From an uncultured Bacteroidota bacterium (lineage in GTDB: Bacteria; Bacteroidota; Bacteroidia; Bacteroidales; UBA12481), in assembly GCA_903851365.1 (NCBI GenBank), contig CAINOB010000020.1, positions 106,986 through 170,985 of the forward strand: a DNA stretch of 64,000 nucleotides, in the 5' to 3' direction. Positions 25,404 through 33,423 of the stretch are shown here, one piece after another (within the stretch, counting starts at the first letter, position 1; each line of letters opens with the position of its first letter). Made by a program: the position numbers and the translations under genes. The notes under the pieces are model-generated. The model was not told where the DNA came from. It saw nothing but the letters and a program-made list of their open reading frames with translations, and ran no database searches.

Positions 25404-27374
25404 CTAATAGGTGAAACCCAGTTTAGTGAGTCCGGCTTTTACGTCAGAACTCTTCATAAATAGGTTCCATAATAAAGCAGTTCGATAGTTTTCGATCATA
25501 ACAATTATAGGGCCTTGATCTATTGAAATATACGAATCGGCCCACCATCCAGCTGAAACATTAAATGCGTCATAAAAACCATAGGGTCCCCAGAGTTTAT
25601 CGCCGAGACGGTAGTAAAAATGCCTTATGGCTTTCATTGATTCGGCCGGAGTGTAAGGAAGGGCTGATACAGCAGCAGTAGGTGTAATTACACCCAGGTC
25701 ATTCGTCGGAGACTGCGCACTGTATCCCAATTGATTATCACTGGCAGTAAGGCCCCAACAATCAGCGCTATAACCAATATAATTTCTTGGATTTGCAATA
25801 CAATAACTCATATTGATGAGCGATTGATTAACATTTTGAATCCAGTAATTCGCATAGGTATCTTTTAGATTTCTCGGGTCAAGGCCAAGAAAACTATAAT
25901 GCGTAAAAAACAGGGGACCGCCCATATCTTCTCCAAGCGGAAGGGTTATCCCAAAATATTTATTGCCATTGCGGATCGATCCGTTTAAGGCATATCCTTT
26001 ATGATAAGCAGAAGCCGGAATGGCGTGTGTAGGTGAAGAAGCTGCTAAAATATAAGTTATCAGGGTTTCATTGTAACCGTGTATCTGATAGTTCAAGTTG
26101 AAAAAATTAGTTGGGGACCAATGCCAGTATAAAACATCCTGGCCTTGGGTATACCAATCCCATTCAACGGATTCCCAAAGCTTGGTGATCCTGGTCGCCA
26201 GGTCAGATTCATTTTGAACCGAGGCATTTAGGTATTCTCTCATGGCTAGCAGCCCCTCAATCATGAAAGAGGTTTCCACAATGTCGCCTCCATTATCTAA
26301 AGTACCGAAGGGAATAACTTTACCAGTAACTCCGTTTATCCAATGAGGCCAGGCTCCGTGAAAACGGTCGCAGGTTTCGAGGAACCCAAGGATCTTACCC
26401 AAACGGTCAAGTCCATCCTGGCGGGGTATAAATTGTCTTTCCATTCCCACTATCAAGCCCAGGATTCCAAATCCCGATCCACCGGTTGTAACTACATCAC
26501 CGGATGTATTCCGCTCCCTGGCCATGCCACAAGAAGGATGGCCAAAATCCCAGAAATAACGAAATGTCTGACGCTGCACCAGGTCTATCAGTTCATCATC
26601 TGAGATTCTTGGATATTTATCCGTTGAATCCATTTGGGTATAAAAAGAATTTGAAAATCCATCGAAGGAATATCCAGTTTGGGAAGTAAGATTCGATGAA
26701 ATATTGAAGTAATATCGGCTGTAACCAATCAATGGTTTTGAATTGGTGAGGGTAATCGATTTATTGTCGGCCGAAAGGCTTGCGGTCATCTGTGCTCCCC
26801 CGGAAAAGGAAAAGTATGATAAGTATCCGGATGGGCTAATCGGATCTGAAAATTCAGCAGTCAGCGTTATTTTATCGAAATCAATATTTATCAGTGGTTT
26901 TGCAGTTTTGAATGGAAACCCATTAAGTGAAACATTCTTCAGGGTAAGCTTTCCAGGCAAGGTGGTCAGCTTGCAGGAAATACCGGCAAAGGATTCCCCA
27001 TTTGCGCCTTTTAATGTTGGACCGATTTCCAGGGTATAAGTTTTGATATAATCCAGTTTACTATCAGGATTCATTGAGATAACAGACAAGTTATTGGAAA
27101 AAGTGAACTTGCCTGTTACGACCGCTCCTGATTCGTTTTTTAATGTGATGCCATTTTTGGCAGTAAGTGTATCAACTGCACTGGTGAACTCAATAGAAAA
27201 AACAGCGTCGGCTGGAATATTTTGAGTGGTAGCCTCAGGACTAAGCGTAATACCGCCGGCGATTACTTTCACCAGTTGCATGGTGCCATGGTTTGCCGGA
27301 TCATCAGGTTTGCAGGATGTTATTGTAGAAAAAATCCCGGCAAAGAGAAAGAATATGCGAATAAAGTGTTTCAA
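25404..27374 (-). CDS. Surface lipoprotein with N-terminal Ig-like (SbsA_Ig-type) domains fused to a GH144-like catalytic domain
   Basis: Lipobox STITSC. About 250 aa of Ig-like repeats. Then LIDLVQRQTFRYFWDFGHP, TTGGSGFGILGLIVGMERQFI, and IDQGPIIVMIENYRTALLWNLFM, paralogous to 23976-25373. Confidence 0.7.
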   Translation of the reverse strand: MKHFIRIFFLFAGIFSTITSCKPDDPANHGTMQLVKVIAGGITLSPEATTQNIPADAVFSIEFTSAVDTLTAKNGITLKNESGAVVTGKFTFSNNLSVISMNPDSKLDYIKTYTLEIGPTLKGANGESFAGISCKLTTLPGKLTLKNVSLNGFPFKTAKPLINIDFDKITLTAEFSDPISPSGYLSYFSFSGGAQMTASLSADNKSITLTNSKPLIGYSRYYFNISSNLTSQTGYSFDGFSNSFYTQMDSTDKYPRISDDELIDLVQRQTFRYFWDFGHPSCGMARERNTSGDVVTTGGSGFGILGLIVGMERQFIPRQDGLDRLGKILGFLETCDRFHGAWPHWINGVTGKVIPFGTLDNGGDIVETSFMIEGLLAMREYLNASVQNESDLATRITKLWESVEWDWYTQGQDVLYWHWSPTNFFNLNYQIHGYNETLITYILAASSPTHAIPASAYHKGYALNGSIRNGNKYFGITLPLGEDMGGPLFFTHYSFLGLDPRNLKDTYANYWIQNVNQSLINMSYCIANPRNYIGYSADCWGLTASDNQLGYSAQSPTNDLGVITPTAAVSALPYTPAESMKAIRHFYYRLGDKLWGPYGFYDAFNVSAGWWADSYISIDQGPIIVMIENYRTALLWNLFMKSSDVKAGLTKLGFTY

Positions 27375-27386
27375 TCTTTAAGAATT

Positions 27387-27424
27387 AAAAAAAAGGGAGG
27401 GTCCGGGATGATCCGGATCCTCCC
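27387..27424 (-). terminator. Intrinsic terminator/attenuator on the minus strand between the LamG lipoprotein gene and the first GH144-like gene
   Basis: The minus-strand RNA reads ggggaggauccgg-aucauc-ccggacccuccc followed by U8. The stem is 6 bp + one C/A mismatch + 5 bp. It lies 13 nt upstream of ATG 27374. Confidence 0.6.
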
Positions 27425-27443
27425 CAAATTTGATTAACCAATA

Positions 27444-28700
27444 CTACTTTTCAGAGTTATACATGAGCCTGATTTCTGTATCAGTCAGGGCTTTGTGGAA
27501 GATCCGGATATCATCGAGCTGACCTTTAAAGTGGTTAGCACCTGGGATGGCATATCCGCCCCAAGCCTCAGTAGCCCACATGGTGCCTGCCCTTGATTGA
27601 ATAAACCCGAATGCGAGTTCATTCTTTACATCTGGCAATTTCCCACCATATCTCAAGCCGACCACCCCACGTTTGGCATCGCCATCAGGCCAAAGATTGA
27701 AATCCTGAGCCTTCATTTTTTCACCATTCATATACATGGTGCCCACCTTTGTTGCCGAATTATAGGTGCAAACAACATGTGCCCACTTATCCTGCAAAAT
27801 GGCAGCAACACCGCCTGAACCAGTCAGGTCCTTGCAGAAAGTCCAACCCTGCCATCCGCCATTGTCTTTTGTCTGACCGTTACCCGGGAACCAAAGGTCT
27901 TCGGAACCGGTAGTGGAATTGCCAAGATCATAGCTGGCAGCGAGTTTGCAATTACTGAAATCGCTTGCTATTTCAAATTGGAATCCATAGAAAGCTCCCA
28001 AACCCATAACAAAATGTCCTTTGTCCTGAGTTGCGGCTTTTACCCAGAAGCTTAGAGTAAAATCAGCGGTATTCATCAGCAGATCACCATTAGGAACTTC
28101 AATAATACTTGTGGTACCATCGAAAGTAGCTGCTGTTCCTGCTGCTGCATTACGGGAAGCCCCGTAAGAAACGTTAACAATACCGGTGGTGGCTGGATCG
28201 AAAGTTCCAACTACATCATTTGCATTGCCTTCAAAGTTCCAGTGAGCAATAACGCCTGTCGGAACAAAAGTGCCTGTGGTGGTAAAATTGCGCGTCACAG
28301 CGGTAAGAACCAACGCATTGGCTGATTTCAGACCGGCGGTAAGGGTTAATTTGTAAAGTGTGCCACTGCCTAAGTCAGCAGTCGGGGTAATGGTAATGCT
28401 TGATCCGCTGGCTGTAACAGTTACAGCAATAGCAGCATTGTCATAATCCTGCACCAGAGTAACGTTTGCAGGAATTGCGGTGGTTGCATCAACATCAGTG
28501 TTGAAAGTAGCCACAATTACTGGTTTTACCGGAACCGTATTGGCGGTGGTAGCTCCGTTGAGATCAATAGTTCCTGTCACGAGACTGCTCAGAGTGAAAA
28601 CAGTTGGTTCTTTTTTGCAACCGCTCATAACCAGAGCGAACATCGCGGAGACGAGGACGACACTCAGAAAGACATTTTTTCTTTTCATAGAATGAATCAT
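27444..28700 (-). CDS. Surface glycan-binding lipoprotein candidate (Ig-like domain + LamG/concanavalin-A-like lectin domain), in the SusE/F position
   Basis: Lipobox LVMSGC. Thr/Val-rich Ig-like N-domain. Laminin_G_3-type C-domain ending GQLDDIRIFHKALTDTEI. The gene is immediately downstream of susD. An alternative start is ATG 28688. Confidence 0.65.
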   Translation of the reverse strand: MIHSMKRKNVFLSVVLVSAMFALVMSGCKKEPTVFTLSSLVTGTIDLNGATTANTVPVKPVIVATFNTDVDATTAIPANVTLVQDYDNAAIAVTVTASGSSITITPTADLGSGTLYKLTLTAGLKSANALVLTAVTRNFTTTGTFVPTGVIAHWNFEGNANDVVGTFDPATTGIVNVSYGASRNAAAGTAATFDGTTSIIEVPNGDLLMNTADFTLSFWVKAATQDKGHFVMGLGAFYGFQFEIASDFSNCKLAASYDLGNSTTGSEDLWFPGNGQTKDNGGWQGWTFCKDLTGSGGVAAILQDKWAHVVCTYNSATKVGTMYMNGEKMKAQDFNLWPDGDAKRGVVGLRYGGKLPDVKNELAFGFIQSRAGTMWATEAWGGYAIPGANHFKGQLDDIRIFHKALTDTEIRLMYNSEK

Positions 28701-28750
28701 TTAATGTGAAACTTAGATTAATTAATATTCGGTTGAATTTAAAAACTCAG

Positions 28751-30235
28751 TTAATTCCAATTCGGATTTTGTACCAGTATACCCTGCGAAATATCAATTT
28801 CGGTTTGAGGAATTGGCAGGAGCTCATTTTTTCCAACCACAAATCCAACAGGACCTAAAACTTCCCCAGCCATTCCTGTGCGCACGAGGTCCCAGAACCT
28901 GTGTCCTTCCATCGCCAGTTCATGTCGGCGTTCCTCCATGATTATTTTCCGGAGATTGGCTTTGCCTGTTTCAGTTATATCAGGCAGGATAGCCGGGTTT
29001 CCTCCACGAGCGCGTTGACGAACCTTATTCAGGTAAACCAACGCATCAGCAGGTTTATTATTTTCATTCAGAGCCTCAGCTGCTATCAACAAAACATCAG
29101 CATAACGAATTAACCTGCGATTATGACCCCATTGGGTTATCGTGTTGTTACCCGGCACCCAAACTTTCTGATTATAACACTCTCGTTGTGTAATATTTCC
29201 TTTATCGTCATATTCGAAATCAGGTGTCGTACCATCACCAATGATTTTTACGCCATCAAGGGTTTCGCCCAAATCAATGATCGTGGCATCCAAACGAGGA
29301 TCACCAGCTTCAAAGGAATTCCGAAGTTCCTCTGAAGGCCTGTTAAATCCCCATCCGCGGTTTGGCGTTCCGCGAACACCCTGAGTGTTTGCGTATTGGT
29401 CTCCGGCTGTACCTTCAACCTGCATGGCTCCGACCTCGAAAACAGATTCAATCCCATGTTCGCCTTTCACTCCGTTTGCATCTGTGTATACCGGTTCCAG
29501 ATCATATTCACCCGAATGGATAACTTCCAGTGCCTGTTCCTCCGAAGTGATAAAAAGGCCTTGGAACAGAGCGACTTTTGCCATCAGGGCCTGGGCTGAA
29601 CCTTTGGTGGCACGTCCTCTGTTGTCCAGAGTTTGTGCACTTCTTAACGGGAGATTTTGAATAGCAAATCCGAGGTCCTCAACTATCAGCTGATACACCT
29701 CATCTTTCGATGCACGGGCCAATTGCAAAGGTGGTGTAACGGTTGTCACAATAGGCACCCCACCCCAGGCACGTACCAGATCAAAATAATAAATGGCCCT
29801 CAAAAATTTGGCTTCAGCAATACATTCATTTTTCACCTTTTCATCCATTACCACTGCTGGAACCTTTTCGATAACCACATTTGCGCGTTTTATGCCTTCA
29901 TAAAGGGTGCTCCACCAACGGTCAAGACCATCGGCAGTTGCTGTAATCTTAAAGTTATCATAAGGACCGACAGTGGTTAACTGGTCATTAGGATTACTTC
30001 CTTTGTGGGAATCATCCGACATAATGTCCAAAATCGGATATCCCCCCGAGTTGAAATACCAGTCGCGGATAGTGGAATAAACGGCGTTGGTAGCCAAAAG
30101 GACATCCGAAGGAGTGCTTGGGAAAACTTCCTGGGTCAGTTCACCTTGCGGATTTTTCTGTAGGAAATCTGTACATCCTGCGAGTGGAAGAATAAGCAGG
30201 ACGGATGCTATTGTAGTTTTAATCAGTGCTTTCAT
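28751..30235 (-). CDS. susD: SusD/RagB-family nutrient-binding outer-membrane lipoprotein
   Basis: Lipobox LPLAGC. TPR-like helical core (RAIYYFDLVRAWGGVP, LLIAAEALNE, ERRHELAMEGHRFWDLVR). The gene is 5 nt downstream of susC. Confidence 0.9.
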   Translation of the reverse strand: MKALIKTTIASVLLILPLAGCTDFLQKNPQGELTQEVFPSTPSDVLLATNAVYSTIRDWYFNSGGYPILDIMSDDSHKGSNPNDQLTTVGPYDNFKITATADGLDRWWSTLYEGIKRANVVIEKVPAVVMDEKVKNECIAEAKFLRAIYYFDLVRAWGGVPIVTTVTPPLQLARASKDEVYQLIVEDLGFAIQNLPLRSAQTLDNRGRATKGSAQALMAKVALFQGLFITSEEQALEVIHSGEYDLEPVYTDANGVKGEHGIESVFEVGAMQVEGTAGDQYANTQGVRGTPNRGWGFNRPSEELRNSFEAGDPRLDATIIDLGETLDGVKIIGDGTTPDFEYDDKGNITQRECYNQKVWVPGNNTITQWGHNRRLIRYADVLLIAAEALNENNKPADALVYLNKVRQRARGGNPAILPDITETGKANLRKIIMEERRHELAMEGHRFWDLVRTGMAGEVLGPVGFVVGKNELLPIPQTEIDISQGILVQNPNWN

Positions 30236-30240
30236 CTTGC

Positions 30241-33200
30241 TTAAAATGATAGGTTTAGTCCAATTGAATAAACTGCAGTGACAGGATAGGTTCCATAATC
30301 GATACCGTTTGAGAGGACATCGTAGCTCCCGATTTCAGGAGTATACCCGGTAAACTTGGTCAGCGTGTAAACATTTGTCCCTTTCAGGTAAACCCTCAGC
30401 TCATTAAGCTTAAGTTTCTTGGTTAAAGCTTTAGGAACTGTGTAAGTAACCATGATATTCCGTAGTCTCATAAAAGAACCGTCCTGTAAAAACTTATCGG
30501 AGATCGAGTAATTGTATCCCCCAAAAGATGACCTTGGTTCGGTATTACTGGTACCCGGGCCTGTCCAACGGTCAAATACATGCTGTTCGAAATTGTAGGG
30601 ATCAGGTCGAACCACCTCTTTTCCGTTGAATATTTTATTTCCCAGCTGTCCCTGAAAATCAGCCGAAAATTCAAAGCTTTTGTAGGACAATTCAAAATTG
30701 AATCCATAGATAAACTTCGGTATGGAAGATCCCAGATAGGTTCTGTCCAAGGCATTAAGCTTGCCGTCACCATTGGTGTCTACAAAGCGCAAATCGCCGA
30801 CGCCTGCCTGTGACGAGTGTGGATAAGCATCTAGTTCGGCTTGTGTTTGAAAAACCCCATCTGTTTTATATCCATAAAATGCACCGATTGGCAAGCCAAC
30901 ACGGCTTTGTGTCACGGCCTGACCATTCCCCAGGTAACCGCCAATCAACAAGGAATCAACACCACTGGCTCCACCGATGGAAAGTACTTCATTATGAACG
31001 GTCGATCCCAGGATGCCAACGCCGTAGGAGAATTCGCCAATCTCCTGACGCCAGTTAATGTTCATCTCGAATCCCCGGTTCAGAACAGAGCCGGCATTGT
31101 ACCGTATCTTCTGTCCAAGACCGTTACCCATGTGACCAGGTGTTGATAATTCAACAAGGATATCATCTGTAACGCGGTTATAGAAATCAAACTCTCCAGT
31201 AAGCCTGTTCTTGAATAGTCCGAATTCAAGACCGACATCTGTTTGTTTTGTGCTTTCCCATTTCAGATCGGGATTGCCGCTCTTACCGTAAGATGCTGCA
31301 GCAATAGCAGCATCAGGATCACCAATAACGGCAACAATATCTGACTGAACCCTGGCAAAACGATCGAAATAGCTTATCTTTTCATTTCCAATAATTCCCC
31401 AGCTGGCCCTGAGCTTTAAAGCAGAAAATATGGGAAGTTTTTCCATAAAGCTTTCACGTCCGATGTTCCAGCCGGCAGCCACTGATGGGAAATTCGAGAA
31501 GCGGTTAGCTGGAGCAAATTTCGATGATCCGTCGCGTCTGAAAGTTGCGGTGAACATATACTTATCCGACAGGGTATAATTAACCCTGAAGAGGTAGGAA
31601 AGCATGGAATAATATTCGTTAGGATCAACACCATTTGAAATGGACTGAATCGTGTTTACATTGTTAGCCGGATCATATATATAAGAAGGTCCGATATACC
31701 AAAAGTCACTTCCATTACGAATAACATTCTCTCCGGATAAACCTATTGATTCAGATTTGGTTTCTTGCATAGTATAACCGGCTACGGCATTAAAACTGTG
31801 CTTACCAAAGGTTTTAGTATAATTCAGGGTATTCTCCCAAAGCCAGCTGGTATTTTGTGAATTACCCTTGTAAATATCACTCAGGACATTTTGCTGTTGG
31901 GAAGCTGTACCATCAGGATTAAATACGGTGAATGCCGGAGTAAAGCTTTTAGATTGACCGAAGCTGGCATCCATTCCATAACTTGACCTTAAGGTAAAAC
32001 CATCAAGGAAAGTGTATTCACCAAAAATATTTCCTACCCCTCTGACACCTGAAGCAAAATTGTTTGAGTTTGCCAGGTCGGCCAGCGGATTGCCAACATT
32101 ATAAACCACGCCGTAAGATCCGTCAGCATAATAGGGATTCAACAACGGTTGGGCCCGGTAAACCGAGTACGTCACATTCGGTGCATTCTGCTGTTGATAG
32201 GGAGCCAGAGTAAAGTTGTTTCCAAATTTAAGATGGTCAGTCAGGTGATAGGTATTGTTAGCTTTAATGGTATAGCGGCGGTAGCTCGACTTATCAATTA
32301 TACCGTCCTGTTGAAACAGTCCAAAACTCAGGTAGTACTCAGTTTTCGCTGTCGTGCCGGAAATCGAAAACTGGCTGTTATGCATTGGTGCCGGTTTAAA
32401 GACCAGACTTTGCCAGTCGGTATTTGGTACAGCATCTACATTATTATAGGTTCCTGAAACAATTTCATTTGTGATAATGGCGAACTCCCTGCCATTCAAC
32501 AAATTAATTTTCTTTGAAAGATTCTGGATTCCAAATTCCGAGCTGAAGTTAAAGACTGGTTTGTCTGAGCCTTTGACCCCGGTTTTTGTAGTAACAATAA
32601 TTACTCCGTTCGCTCCGCGTGAACCATAAATTGCAGTTGCCGAAGCATCTTTAAGCACCTCCATTGAGGCAATATCACCAGAATTTAAAAAGGAAATATT
32701 GTCAAGGATCACACCATCTACAACATAGATGGGAGAAGAGTTATTAAAAGTCCCGACCCCCCTGATACGGACAACCGGAGAAGCCCCTGGGGCTCCCGAG
32801 GTACTTGTGACCTGGACTCCGGCAACCTTACCCTGAAGGCTTTGCTCCGGGTTAACCGAGGTAATTTTGGTCAAGTCCTTAGCTTTTACCGAACTTACCG
32901 CACCGGTGAGATCGCTCTTCCTGACTGTGCCATATCCGATGACGACTACCTCCTCCAAAGAAGAGGCCTTGGTTTTCAGCACTACATCAATTTTTGTCCT
33001 GTTTCCAATCACTACTTCCTGAGTTTCATAACCCACGAAGGAAAACACAAGTACAGCATCCCCGGCTTTCACTTCAATGCGGTATTCGCCATTCATATCT
33101 GTGATGGCGCCATGAGTGGTTCCTTTCACTGCAACGGATGCAGTGGGTAAGGATTCACCGGTATCCGATCCCCGCACTTTACCCGTGATTACTATGCTTT

Positions 33201-33273
33201 GCGCAAAAGCATAGGAACCTGAGGTAAGTATCAGGAGCAACAGGATAATGATTTTCAGCTTTACAAGTTTCAT
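30241..33273 (-). CDS. susC: SusC/RagA-family TonB-dependent transporter
   Basis: Signal peptide. CarboxypepD_reg domain (ITGKVRGSDTGESLP...DMNGEYRI). TonB box/plug (EEVVVIGYGT, GVQVTSTSGAPG). 1010 aa, with a C-terminal aromatic residue. No STN/anti-sigma domain. Confidence 0.92.
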   Translation of the reverse strand: MKLVKLKIIILLLLILTSGSYAFAQSIVITGKVRGSDTGESLPTASVAVKGTTHGAITDMNGEYRIEVKAGDAVLVFSFVGYETQEVVIGNRTKIDVVLKTKASSLEEVVVIGYGTVRKSDLTGAVSSVKAKDLTKITSVNPEQSLQGKVAGVQVTSTSGAPGASPVVRIRGVGTFNNSSPIYVVDGVILDNISFLNSGDIASMEVLKDASATAIYGSRGANGVIIVTTKTGVKGSDKPVFNFSSEFGIQNLSKKINLLNGREFAIITNEIVSGTYNNVDAVPNTDWQSLVFKPAPMHNSQFSISGTTAKTEYYLSFGLFQQDGIIDKSSYRRYTIKANNTYHLTDHLKFGNNFTLAPYQQQNAPNVTYSVYRAQPLLNPYYADGSYGVVYNVGNPLADLANSNNFASGVRGVGNIFGEYTFLDGFTLRSSYGMDASFGQSKSFTPAFTVFNPDGTASQQQNVLSDIYKGNSQNTSWLWENTLNYTKTFGKHSFNAVAGYTMQETKSESIGLSGENVIRNGSDFWYIGPSYIYDPANNVNTIQSISNGVDPNEYYSMLSYLFRVNYTLSDKYMFTATFRRDGSSKFAPANRFSNFPSVAAGWNIGRESFMEKLPIFSALKLRASWGIIGNEKISYFDRFARVQSDIVAVIGDPDAAIAAASYGKSGNPDLKWESTKQTDVGLEFGLFKNRLTGEFDFYNRVTDDILVELSTPGHMGNGLGQKIRYNAGSVLNRGFEMNINWRQEIGEFSYGVGILGSTVHNEVLSIGGASGVDSLLIGGYLGNGQAVTQSRVGLPIGAFYGYKTDGVFQTQAELDAYPHSSQAGVGDLRFVDTNGDGKLNALDRTYLGSSIPKFIYGFNFELSYKSFEFSADFQGQLGNKIFNGKEVVRPDPYNFEQHVFDRWTGPGTSNTEPRSSFGGYNYSISDKFLQDGSFMRLRNIMVTYTVPKALTKKLKLNELRVYLKGTNVYTLTKFTGYTPEIGSYDVLSNGIDYGTYPVTAVYSIGLNLSF

Positions 33274-33326
33274 AGATTAGGTTTATTATTCTGTAATTAA
33301 GGTCAATGCTTAGGGTTCAATTTTAC

Positions 33327-33334
33327 CAAAGTTA
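33327..33334 (-). promoter_or_regulatory. TAACTTTG (-7 box, TAnnTTTG) 53 nt upstream of the susC start
   Basis: The plus strand reads caaagtta. This is an exact match to the Bacteroidota -7 consensus on the minus strand. Confidence 0.45.
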
Positions 33335-33423
33335 AATGCGATGCTTTTGGTTTCATAATAAACCCGTTTCACATCACTACTTCACAAAAAAAACAGATTT
33401 CACAAGAGTACTACAACAGTACG

